From: Takakia lepidozioides
Lineage: Eukaryota > Plantae > Bryophyta
Direction of reading: 5' to 3'
NCBI GenBank assembly: GCA_030704615.1
Contig: CM060731.1
Span: 62,806,001 to 62,870,000, forward strand
Length of the DNA stretch: 64,000 nucleotides
Under the pieces are notes generated by a model. The model had not been told where the DNA came from. It saw only the letters and a program-made list of their open reading frames with translations, and did no database searches. The position numbers and the translations under genes are program-made. Shown here in pieces: positions 1-10,884 of the stretch (positions are counted from its first letter, which is position 1; each line of letters opens with the position of its first letter).

Positions 1-1212
1 GAATTTGAACTCCAAATGACGAAGTACTCCAAGCACTCCAAGCTTTCTTCTCTGTGTATGACAACTCCTCTTATTACTCTACGGATTGTTGCTGGTGGGG
101 ATATGCAACGGGGTGTGGTAATTGCTGAGTGTCGTTCAAGGGCGATAAACCAAAAAAATTGGTGTACCATTTGTTGGACGGATCATGGGGATGACTTCCT
201 AAAGTTCAACTTCACTTACCTGAAAACATTCCAATACCGATAAACGAAGGCGCGGTTGGAAATCTTTTCCTAGTCACCAACGTTCAGTTTGCATATAAAT
301 CAACTATTCTTCACCTCATTCTGAAAGAGGTCTACAAGCTGCCACCAAGTGAGACGATTGAAAATATCATGTGAAATTATTCACGAACCCACTTTTTTTC
401 TATACATTTAGCAGAAATAACAGTCATGTTTCATGCCTGCAAAGTTGGAGATCTACCCAACCATTCATTCAGGTCAGAGAGAAAAGATGATCTGAAGATC
501 TGGTGGGATGGAAGCTTCGACCATCACAACCAGCTAAGCACCTAAAAACAACGCAAGTTCTTAGTAAAGCACCGGCATTAATGTGTGCTTATTAGTAGGC
601 GGCGCTCCATAGGGAGACGCCATTGCTGCTTAGCTTGCTGATCGGCCACGCCCAGGAATTCCTACCTTTGCAAGATTTGGGACCTCTCTCTCTGCTTGCC
701 ACTGCAGGTCCTGGAGATCTCTGGCTCCTGCGCACGATCCGTCATGCACATGGCAGGGTTTCTCACTGATTCAGAATTGGAAAAAAGCGAATGTTCTTGA
801 AAAAACGAAAAAATTGGCGTGGGTTTGTGTTTATTTTGTTATGTTTTGTGAAGGTCCTTATGGGGTCACTGGAGCAGGCTTCGAGTGCCCCACCTGGCCC
901 TTGCTTAGAACGTAGCCAAGACCTCACCAAGTCGCTCAGCATGCCCTGGACGACAGCACCCGAGAGCTTAGGTGGTGCTCATGCGTTCTTCTTAGATTTT
1001 CTCTTTACTTCTCCAAATTCCCCAGCGGCCTTGATGAATTTCTCACAAGTTTTGGTGCAATGGACTCTCTTGCGTCTCACAAGGAAGCGATGGAAGCAGC
1101 TAAGCCGCGCTTGAACGTTCTTTTGTCGACCGACGGGTAGACGTTCCTCGTTCCTGGGGTACTCACAAGGCATCTAGGGAAAGGAGAAGTGAAGAGAAAA
1201 TCCAAGAAGCAC

Positions 1213-1453
1213 GCAGTGACCACTGATAATGCAAGTGGAGGAGACACACCTAGCATTGCTGAGAAGCAGCTTCTAAGTCCTTCCGATGAAATGCCTCTTG
1301 CCTAAGTGCTGGAAACTATTGATGGTATATTTCTTAATCAAAAATGGTCACCATATCCTTAGTACAGACTTTTGGATGGATTGATCCCTTGTGTAGGAGA
1401 TTTGCTTTGCATGTTATGTCAGTGCTCATGTAAAGGTTTCTAATATGCATTCA
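1213..1453 (+). pseudogene. Displaced degenerate copy of exon 2 plus the start of intron 2 of the SAP-domain gene (source ~11046-11302)
   Basis: Near-identical run gcaagtgg..gagacac.cctagcattgctgagaagcagctt...tcatgtaaaggtttctaat in both places. The copy reads GCC TAA where the gene reads GCC AAA. Confidence 0.85.
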
Positions 1454-1819
1454 CCATATTGACATTCACCAGCCGTATTTTTTCCATCGATAAACCTATG
1501 AGGATGATCCTAGAAGGTTTGTCTCATGCAGAGAGATAGAGACAGACAGAGAGAAACCTTTATTACATACATAGGAGCTTATGGGCCAAGAGTGTCGAAC
1601 AAACAATGAAGTAGAAAAAAAATAGAATAAGGTTTACATGAGTGCCCGAAGACAGAGTGCCTCATGAAGTTAAGGAGGCGAGCACTCAAATGCCTCTGTC
1701 AAGGGTGGGTAGTCTGGGTAGTCTCTGAACGACGGTAGCAGCTCCCTCTGATCTCAAAGTACAGGCCAGGAGATATTTGTCTCTTCTCCTGATTCATGTT
1801 GCATATTAGAGAAATCTAT

Positions 1820-1936
1820 CCTCCTATAGGGCCTCCTGTGTATGTAATAAGCTTGTTTCTCTCTCTCATGAAGATCAGAAATGCTTGACAGCCTACCTGC
1901 ACGAGGCATTCACCCTTAGACAATCACTTGAACAAT
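1820..1936 (+). mobile_element. LINE 3'-end fragments (tail motif tgtaataagcttgtttctctctc followed by the ORF-end segment EDQKCLTAYLHEAFTLRQSLE)
   Basis: 1867-1935 matches the reverse complement of 34617-34684. 1824-1866 matches the reverse complement of ~11365-11405. Confidence 0.6.
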
Positions 1937-2348
1937 AGTTCTTATCTCTGACTTGACGATTCGTCTATCATCCTTATCCTGTCCATTTGCTCAGATAGAG
2001 GCACGATCTCAAGATTAGTGTTAGACCATCAGAAACGGGTATATTTTAAGACTAGCACTAGAGCTGTTACAAATGCAGTTAGAGCTTCATCGTGGCGAAC
2101 TAAGTGGATACATCAAAACAGCACTGCTGAAAACCTCGCTTTGGGGCAATTGCCTCGGGAGGGATTCAGACAAAAAAATTCAGACAGCTTGAACCAACCC
2201 TGATACTGAACGCTAGATCTATAATCTGCTTAGTAACGCATCCACATAATTATCTTGACCAAAATTTGAGAGAAGCCTAATCGATGGAAGCCACAAATCT
2301 ATCTGCCAACGAATTAGTCTTGGCCCTAGCTTGAATGTCCGTACGCAC

Positions 2349-2590
2349 CTGGAAAAAGCCCCATTCCTCACAAGCGCCGGCGATGGCAGCCATGGTGGCC
2401 TCCCTTCGATCGTCGTCCAAGCCTGCCACATCAATCACTGGAATTTCAACGCTGAAGTCGAGTCGTGGGGTGTGATTGTGTCTCGCTCGTGCGATGCGCG
2501 GATGAAAGATGAAGGATGAAGGCACGGCTCCCATGTCCGATTCCGACAGGGCCTGCACATTGTACTCTTCTATCACCTGCTACTCCCATA
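2349..2590 (-). pseudogene. Orphan first exon of a 2-oxoglutarate/Fe(II) dioxygenase (DIOX_N region)
   Basis: VQALSES..VPSSFI..EIPVIDVAGL..IAGACEEWGFFQ is followed by the donor CAG|GTGCGT at 2348. The upstream ATG is out of frame with an in-frame TAG, and no further exons are recognisable in the window. Confidence 0.75.
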
Positions 2591-2835
2591 TCGACAAGAC
2601 GTCTCCCAACCTTGCTCAAGTCCAATGTCTAGGAACTGTATTCGCAGAGAGACCAAAGTGTCCAACAACACCTCTGCGCAGCGATCAAAAAGTTTGAAGG
2701 CAAAATACTATGAGCGAGTTTATGCCCTGAAGATGGACTATACACTAGGCTAGTGTGTGTAATATACACGAGTGTGCATGGACTGTGGACTGTGGACTGT
2801 GGTTGTCTCTCTCCCTAATTGTGAGACGTACTTAC

Positions 2836-3480
2836 CAGTGTTGGACTGGTATGTCCAATTTTTAATACCAGACTGGTCCTGGTATGAAGGGTCCCACCCC
2901 TTTTTCATACCAGGCTGGTATAGGTATCTATACAGGTATGAGCAACTTGGGTATGAATCTGGTATGAGTAGTTGTACTTTGGGCTGTATATGAGTATGGT
3001 ACTAGTATTTCCCTTTCTCTGTAGTGATACTAGGGGGGTATGAGCACTGGTATGGTATTTCTACAGCTCACCATACATAGAAATAAATGTCATTTAGCAC
3101 ATATTTAATTTTAATGCAAGCCCTGAAACACTAGGCAAAGATAACCCAAAGTAGCACGAAACAGCAAATGAAGTCTAAATTGCGACATGGAGCCTTGAAT
3201 TAAGAAAATTGTAGTACAGGTTATAACTAGCTGCACTAACATATACTCATACCTACCTCCATTCGCCATGAACTCACCGCAATACTGGTATGGGGACCAT
3301 TCTATGCCTCCGTATACCCAGACTTGGTATGGTATGTGTGGCTAAAGACATACTCCCCCCAATACGTGTATCACATGGGTACACTGGTTCTTTCATACCC
3401 GACTTGGTATGTTCTTCAATATATATATTCATACCTGTATTCCATACCTAGGTTAAACCAGGTATACCAGTCCAATACTG
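2836..3480. mobile_element. Non-autonomous hAT-type MITE
   Basis: TIRs CAGTGTTGGACTGGTAT / ATACCAGTCCAATACTG, perfect 8-bp TSD GTACTTAC (2828-2835, 3481-3488), and GGTAT/ATACC subterminal motifs. Confidence 0.92.
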
Positions 3481-4613
3481 GTACTTACGTACTCAACAGG
3501 ATCCGAAGGTTTGCGATCTTATTTGCAGATGTCGACTGCCTTCATTTTATACATTGGAACGCGGGCCCTCTGTCGTCAGCATACTTGACCAACAACTCCA
3601 TAGCGCGACATGAACTCCAGTCTCTCTCGTGCATTTGACTACTAGGCCTACCCCGCATCATCCTCATCGTCCTCGTCTCGCAAGGACCTCGCACTCCACT
3701 GTCCAGGACTCAGCAGTGAGCACTTGTGCTCCGTCAACTCTTTGATTTTTCTACTTGCAGGACAAGCAACTTTTTCACGGTCACGTGCATGAAACACGAC
3801 AACTCGTCAGATCGATAGAAAGTCCTGTATGTATAGCTTTATAAAAAAGACCCAAGTGGGGTGACTTTACAAAATGGGTAAAAGTATCCTAGAGGGGGAG
3901 AAGCAAAATCTCATAGAGCTAGATATAATGATAAACAGAAGTCAAACTATTGTAGTATCACCTACCGCCAAGAAGGTCAGACAACAGGAAAGAGGGTGTG
4001 CCAGGAGGCGATACAACACAGAAACCTTGCACATCACAAGACAGTGAATGCTACCACTAGAGAGAAGTAGCAAGCTGGCACTGACTAGTGAGCTATAGAA
4101 AGAAAGAGGAAGAAGATCAGCCACGTTTGGTGCGGAGGGACTCGAAGTTAAGATGTATGCGATTTGAGCTTGGAATTTCGATTCTTACGGTGCCGCCAGT
4201 CGTCGTTGAATCCCGAGGAGATTAAACAGCCAACCACAATTACGTTTCCAAATATGCCCAAGAGTGAGAGCCCTTAACGAGGCCCAACCTGACAAGAGCT
4301 CTAAACCTGCCCCTCAGACAAATTACAGCAAGAGATAATCGAGCAGAACACCCATTAGTAAGCTTCACTTGATTTTAGCAATAACTGGAGAAGCTCGACT
4401 GTCAACATCCAGGTTTGTACCGATAGGGTGCCCCAACAGAGTGTGGGCATGACCATCTGCAGGCCACTGCAAACCCTTGGAGGCACCCCAAAGAGGAGCA
4501 TGGGGGCGAGCGATGGGACTGTGCAGGGCGCGAATTGCCACTGACTTTTTCCAGTTAATAGCAAAACCTGATGAACGACAAAAGAGATCAAGGGTAGAGA
4601 GCGCAGAGGTGAT

Positions 4614-5690
4614 GTTAGGGCCCTGCTAGTTAGTGTCATTTAAGCTAACTATTGGGTTTAGGTGCCCCACTTACAATTATACTAACTAGCACTCCTAATA
4701 GTTAGTGCACCTCACTAACTGAGATAGAGTAGTTTGGTGTAAAAGTTAACAGGTCCGAAATAGGTTCTTTAAGCTAACAGGTGCACACGTCCTCTCCAGG
4801 GTGGCTTGCCATCTCCTTGACCGTGAGAGAGAGTGTTTCAAGGATCGTGGAGTATCACGAGAGTGTGCGGTGCGGAGAAGCGTGGAGTGGAGACTGGTTC
4901 GATCGAGCTTCAGGTACATGCAAGGAGCATAATGCGCAGTGAAGAAAGTGCGCCCTAATCAAAGACCGTGCAGATTTCTCCTCAAATCTGCCTGTGAACC
5001 AGTGTTGGGCGGTTATTTGTTTTTTTTCATAACCGGCGGTTCCGGTTGTTTCGAATTTTAGGAAACTATTAACCGTGGTTGCGATTAATAATTTTTTTAT
5101 GGCTAAATATAACCTCAACAGTTACGGTTACTTGCAAAAACCTCAAATTACCGGCAATTTTCATCAAATAACCGCGGGTATTGGGCGGTTCTTTAAGAGG
5201 TTTTTTGCTCGGTTCTTTGAATGCGTGACCTCCACGGTTCCTAACTGGACCGGTTACTTCATTTTTTCACCTCCGCCAGTCATACATATATATATATACC
5301 GGATAGGTAACCGCCGGGTATTAGAGAGAAATTCAAATAACTGCCCAACACGGGTGTGAACCAGTGAATGCTTAAGGCAATGCAGACAAGGCGGAGGTAG
5401 AAAGGCTGCAACATAACATAGGATTCAAGGGCCCTGCTGGTTGTCTCGCTGTATCTACCTCTACCGTTTGTGGCATCTGCGCAGCACAAGGCTTGCGTGG
5501 AAATATTGCTCTACGTGGCTGAGAATCGCCGTACAAAGAGGGCACTAACTGAAACCCTTGTGGGGCACCAGCACACTTAAGTTCTTCAGTTAGTGATTCT
5601 CTTATTAGTGTTAACTCTGAGTGGGGCACCAAATTCAGTTAAGACTAATTGAGCACCTAATAGTGAGACCCTAACTATTGGGCGCCTAAC
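4614..5690. mobile_element. Probable foldback/MITE with imperfect terminal inverted repeats, inserted in the LINE
   Basis: gttaggggccctgctagttag...ggtgccccact...cactaactga on the left mirrors agttagtga...gtggggcacc...ctaactattgggcgcctaac on the right. No clear TSD. Confidence 0.4.
5000..5353. mobile_element. Non-autonomous hAT-type MITE
   Basis: TIRs CAGTGTTGGGCGGTTATTT / AAATAACTGCCCAACACGG, 8-bp TSD ctgtgaac / gtgtgaac (7/8 match), and AACCG/CGGTT subterminal motifs. Confidence 0.85.
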
Positions 5691-7095
5691 TGCAGGTGGG
5701 GCATGGCCCTTGGCCATAGAAGCATTGTTCAAAAAGAGCACGGACTCATCTGCGTACATAGATAACTTGACCTCGGCGGCATGTTGGTCGATGGTATGCA
5801 GACTGACCGTGAAGACTTGGGTTAGCCCCTTAGACAGCTGAGAAGGCATGATAATTCTTTGCTTGAATATCAAGGGACATGAGAAGGAAATCATCGACGA
5901 TTTCTTCCTAAGACGCTTGAAAAAATTCCAGGAAGGCCACCTAGACCTGGATCCTTATATTTCCCCAGGCATCCCAAGGCCTTAGTAAAGGTCTGCTGAG
6001 AGTTGACCAGCCTCTGGACATCGCAGAGATCTTGGTAGTAATGGCAGTGATCGCACGAGCTCTATCAATTTTATCAGACTCAGAGAGGTGAGGTTCGTGA
6101 AGTAAATCTTCGAGAAAGAGGCTGCTACTTCTGCCATTGGCTTGGGGAGAGAGGCGAGAATCCCGAATTTGTCCTTCAGGGCAGGGATAACTTAGCGAGG
6201 CATGATTCCTTTGTTTCATTTTCTGGAAGAAATAGTGGTTCATTTTCTCGCCCTTCAGGTACCAACTGATCCTGAAGCAATACATCCCTCGATCTTGGAG
6301 ATATACGATCACAGGGGAAGCTCATGAGAAAGAACCCCGTAGGCGGGTTTTTCCAAGGTGCCACAATGGCTGTACCCCACAGCAAAATATGTACAACAGT
6401 ATTGAGGGACAGTTCTACCATCTGATCACCAACAGGGCGGGATCCTGGAAGAGTGAGGGAGGGGATTTGATTTGACTGGGCAGCCTGCAGGATGGTTCCT
6501 GTCAGAGGGGCCCACACCATCGCACGCTTGCCTTAAACTCGTCGGTTCAGCGTACCCCTTGCGCATTGATCCAGGGTGGACTGCAAGGGAGGGGAGGGGG
6601 GCTGCCATAATAAATGCCGGGGAGATCGACTAAGGACGCGGTAATGTGGCAGAGATGGAGGGTGATGGTGGTGGCAGACGGTGCGAGACAAGGCGGGCCA
6701 AAAAATCGTGAGGGGAGGGAGAGAGAGAGGGGGGAGAAAGACGCGGGGCGGGCAGGTGGAGAGTAATGACTGCGAGCTTCTTGTATGCAAAAGTTAGTTG
6801 GCACCGTCAAACACAGCAGTCTACTTACCCACCTGGCTATACATGTGAGTAATGTTGTGATGGTGTTAGCTAGCTGCGAGAGAAGGATACAGTTGTCCTA
6901 TCTGCTTGTCATTGTAGGCCTCGGAGCCGGATAGTTTGAAAGCTTCGCTGTTCTGTGCTAGCTTTTCTTCTGCCGTGGTCTTCCAGATCCTGTGACAAAC
7001 AGTCACCTCTAGCTGCCAAGATCAGACGGGAAAGCGAAAGTGGACATAACAAGCAGCATTGGTACGCGTACAGAATGTGTGAGAGGGAACGAAGG

Positions 7096-8544
7096 ATGGG
7101 TCCAAGGACCAGGGCAGGAGCTGCAATTGCCCTACTGTTGTTTGCTCTACGGAGCGTGGTGTGTGTTGCAGCAGCGGCTGCGGCGCCTCCCCCATTGGAC
7201 TGCTCCGCTCCACTCAACTCATTGTCTCCATGCCTGACGTTCGTGCAAGGCAATGGAACTAAACCTCCAAAGACCTGCTGCAACGCTCTGGGTAGTGTTC
7301 AGAGCTCTAAGCCCGTGTGCCTGTGTCAACTTCTTCAGCAAGTTGGTGGTTCCGGTGCCGGCCAAGGCGTCAACGTCACTGTTGCGATGGAGCTTCCCAA
7401 GCTTTGCGGTGTGCCAGTAGACACTAGCAAATGCCCAGCTCTGCTAGGCCAAGCTCCAACACCTTCTCCCTCGAGTCCATTGTCTGTCACTCCAGCTCCG
7501 ACCCCTTTGTTGTCGAGTCCGCCTGCTGTCGCTCATTCTCCCAAACCGGCCCCCTCGACTACAGCTCCACCTGTTCAGGCACCCACAGTATCGTCCTCGA
7601 GTCCACCTCCTGTTGTTCAAGTTCAAGCCCCCGCACCTGCTGCCCCTGCTCAAGTGGACTGCACCAACCAGTTCAACACATTGTCTCCGTGCTTGACATT
7701 TCTGGAGAGCAATGACACAAACCCTCCAAAGAACTGTTGTAGTGCTCTGGGTAGCGTGCAGAGTGCCCAGCCGGTGTGCCTCTGCCAGCTCCTTCAGGAC
7801 TTTGGTGGATCTAGCTCTGTCCAAGGCATCAACGTCAGCAGGGCCTTCGAGCTTCCCACGAAGTGCAATGTGCCCGCAGACACTAGCAAGTGCCCAGCAC
7901 TGCTCGGTCAAGCTCCCACTCCTTCCCCCGCCAGTCCAGCACCTATTGCCCATGCTCCTGCACCTGTGCTGTCGAGTCCACCTCGTATTGCTCAAGCTCC
8001 CGCACCTGCTGCCGCTGGGCAAGTGGACTGCACCAACCAGTTCAACACACTAGCCCCATGTCTGACATTTGTGGAGGGCAGTGGGGGTCGACCTCCAAAG
8101 GCTTGTTGTGACGGTCTCGGTAGCGTTCAGAGTGCTCAGCCCGTGTGTTTGTGTCAACTTCTTCAGGATATTGGTAATTCAAGTACTGTCCAAGGCGTCA
8201 ATGTCACTCTCGCCTTGGAACTGCCAAAACTTTGCAATGTACCTGCAGACACTAGCAAATGCCCAGCTCTACTTGGCGGAGCTCCCGCAACTTCCCCCTC
8301 CAGTCCAGCTCCTGGAAAGGCTCCCGTACCTGCGTCCTCAAGTACTCCAATTGGCCAAGGTCCAGCGGTGGCGAGTGGACCGGGTGCCGCACAAGTACCC
8401 CCTGGCAGTGCCAATGGAGCATCTGGTTCCCCCGCCAGCTCTCCCAGTGCTGGGTCGATCGACAGGCCTTCGGATCTCTGGTTCTGGGGGACATTAGTTT
8501 TGGTAGCTCTAGGATTCTTTGATCGGTATTGTGGGTACTTGTAA
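7096..8544 (+). CDS. GPI-anchored non-specific lipid transfer protein (LTPG/xylogen-like) with three tandem 8-Cys domains and Pro/Ala/Ser-rich AGP-like linkers, 482 aa, single exon
   Basis: Signal-peptide-like MGPRTRAGAAIALLLFALRSVVCVAAA, three C..C..CC..CLC..C..C modules, AP/SP/TP-rich linkers, and a hydrophobic C-terminal tail LWFWGTLVLVALGFF. Confidence 0.92.
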   Translation: MGPRTRAGAAIALLLFALRSVVCVAAAAAAPPPLDCSAPLNSLSPCLTFVQGNGTKPPKTCCNALGSVQSSKPVCLCQLLQQVGGSGAGQGVNVTVAMELPKLCGVPVDTSKCPALLGQAPTPSPSSPLSVTPAPTPLLSSPPAVAHSPKPAPSTTAPPVQAPTVSSSSPPPVVQVQAPAPAAPAQVDCTNQFNTLSPCLTFLESNDTNPPKNCCSALGSVQSAQPVCLCQLLQDFGGSSSVQGINVSRAFELPTKCNVPADTSKCPALLGQAPTPSPASPAPIAHAPAPVLSSPPRIAQAPAPAAAGQVDCTNQFNTLAPCLTFVEGSGGRPPKACCDGLGSVQSAQPVCLCQLLQDIGNSSTVQGVNVTLALELPKLCNVPADTSKCPALLGGAPATSPSSPAPGKAPVPASSSTPIGQGPAVASGPGAAQVPPGSANGASGSPASSPSAGSIDRPSDLWFWGTLVLVALGFFDRYCGYL

Positions 8545-9635
8545 ACCCATGCTGCGCAGCGTTTCCATTCTGTCATAGTCGCATTGTCAGTTTGCGAACT
8601 GAATCTAACTGACTAACTGAACTATTTGTCCACAATTGGGTATTCAGATTCCAGAATGAACCATGGTCTTGAAAAGCTTTTTAGTCCTCCACAAATGAGG
8701 GTCCTCTGTGGTGTTCAAAAAGCTGGAATTCGTTCAAACGTAGCTGTATACATTATGTGACACTGTCTCTCAGTTGAGAGTGCAAACCAGTACTTCGGAG
8801 GCTCATTTTGGCAGACGCAGGATTCCAGTTCCTGGGACTAGTCTAGTTGCGTGGTACTCGAATTCTAGAATAGTCATCAAGTGGAACTGCAGAAATTCCA
8901 ATTATAGATTGGACCCACTTGTGAGCTTCGAAGAGGTTGCCAAACAAGGCTTTCAATCCTCCACTGCTCTTCAGAACTGCGAAGTTGAAATTGTGAAACT
9001 GTGTAGCTAAGCAAGAAAACAGGAAGTCCGCATCGGAGTTCCTCTCCAAAGCTGAGAGTGGCAATTTGTAACGTGCTAAATTAGACTACTTTTGAGTGAC
9101 CAGTTCACTACATCAGTTCAAGTAGTACAGTAACAAGTTTGGGTCCAAACTGTTCAACTAATAACATGGATAACGACTCGCTCAATGTCATTGTAACAGA
9201 CCAAACAGACCACAGATGCCCTACAAACATGCTGTCACCAAGACAAGTACACTGTAATCTAACTGTCACAGAGATCGAGCGTCTACCCTGCATATCAGAT
9301 TCCACTTCAGCCGTTTCAGCAGAGGTCCAGGAAGATGGGCAGAACCTCATCTGCATCCAGGGTAAGTACTAAGTACACAGATTGAAGTTAGCATCATCGG
9401 TCGACTGCCAATTTCAGGTGAGTTGCAATCCACGTTCGATGAACAGTTACCGGTTGTGATTTGTTCTCAACATCAAGTTGAACACCCTGTGGTCACAAGT
9501 GGAATTACAGTTGCTTCAATGCACTTCAGGAGACAGTAAATCAAAGTAGCTATGGCTATATGCAAAACACAAACCATGGATGGATTTGTACAAGAGTATC
9601 TATTGTTCAACTGCCACTCATCCTCCAAGCTGCTC

Positions 9636-9741
9636 TCACCCATTCCAGTCTCCAAAAGTGTTTTCACCGCTATAAGTTACGTGAAATACAGAAAGCCATA
9701 CTCGTCCTTGTGCTCATCGTAAATTGATGACCTCATTGCCG
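9636..9741 (-). pseudogene. ATG8: Orphan terminal exon of an ATG8 gene with a 5-nt frameshifting insertion
   Basis: The minus strand reads cag|AMRSSIYDEHKDEYGFLYF[ACGTA]TYSGENTFGDWNG*, the ATG8 C-terminal signature IYEEHKDEDGFLY.TYSGENTFG. No upstream ATG8 exons were seen. Confidence 0.85.
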
Positions 9742-9810
9742 CTGCCACCAACAGAAGCAAGTGTGAGAGCGCATGTACTTACTGTTTGACCCTTCCCAGT
9801 CACATGTACA

Positions 9811-9837
9811 CACAGACAGACAGACAGACAGACAGAC
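9811..9837 (+). repeat. (CAGA)n microsatellite
   Basis: Run of cagacagacaga. Confidence 0.9.
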
Positions 9838-10391
9838 GGTTGGAAGTGGGCTTCATGTGACGGTCATGTCAGGGCACTGCGAACCCTAATCCGCAGCAAT
9901 CCCTACCCTGAAATATTGAACGTCGGAGATGAGGCCACCACACCGAGGGTAACCATGAATAGAAACGATACCGCAACGGATAAGGCAGGATGGACAAAGC
10001 ATTAATGATGAATGTGATGAACCAATGGATATTATTCATCTGATTTCATCCTTTTGTATGCTCTCTCACAGAGCAAGGCCGTCATTCATCCGTCGACCGA
10101 CTCAAGTTACCCGCCACGAATTCAAACACCGAAACGTCTCTCTTAAGGCAGCTACCTATCGCCGTGCTTCTAATCGTGATCGTTCACGTGTTCAATGCTA
10201 CATCGGAGCCGTTGGATTCCTCAAAAGCTGCGGCCCTACAGAGTAGATTCTCCCACCAAGGGAGCGCGCTTGTAGGGTAGGGCGCGCGTCTCGCTTCGAA
10301 CTCCCGCCAGCCCTCTTTCCTTCTTGCCATTCTGAACCCTAATGGCCGCATGAAGGCACGGGATTAGAAAAGCGGAGAGAATTGAGGGGCT

Positions 10392-10848
10392 ATGGCTATA
10401 ACGCGTTCGGGGGGAGGGACGTCGGGGGAGATGCCGCAGCCTTCCTTGACCCCCGATCTCCATCAGGAGCTTGTGTCCGAAATGTCGCAAGAGCTTGATG
10501 TTGTTGATCTCAGCAGGTGATATTCTTACTCGAGGGGTTTAAATTGTAGCATGAAATTCTGATCTCTGGGGCGGCCGGGGGATTCAATTGAGGGCGGGAT
10601 TGGTAGTAGGACTAGGATTTTTTTCCTTTTCTAAGTGAAGCCAGGTAAACAGTACTCGTGAAGTAACTTCGAATTCGCTCATAAGGTATACAGCGTTGAG
10701 CTACTGCAAGTTATCAATGGGAAGATCCTCTTGAAGCTGCAATTCTAACCAGGAAATTGTCTAAATTGTAACCACGTGTAACCTCGGATTAATTTGTATG
10801 TCCCCTTGTCACTGAAAAGGGAACCACTGTGTGGCCTATCTGCAAACC

Positions 10849-10884
<36 letters not shown>

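Larger units (their letters stand above)
3990..6830 (-). mobile_element. Degenerate L1-like LINE ORF2 remnant interrupted by nested insertions
   Basis: Frameshifted pieces EGEK.NHYFFQKMKQR (L1 WLKEGDKNTKYFH-like) and KLSMYADESVLFL (RT YADD-like, ~5730-5770). Boundaries are approximate. Confidence 0.55.

Noticed and set aside
1-400. Possible OB-fold-like coding remnant at the window edge
   Set aside because: It is truncated by the window, contains stops, and the similarity is only impressionistic.
6955-7095. 47-codon N-terminal extension of the LTP ORF
   Set aside because: It starts at a non-ATG codon. The ATG at 7096 directly precedes the signal peptide.
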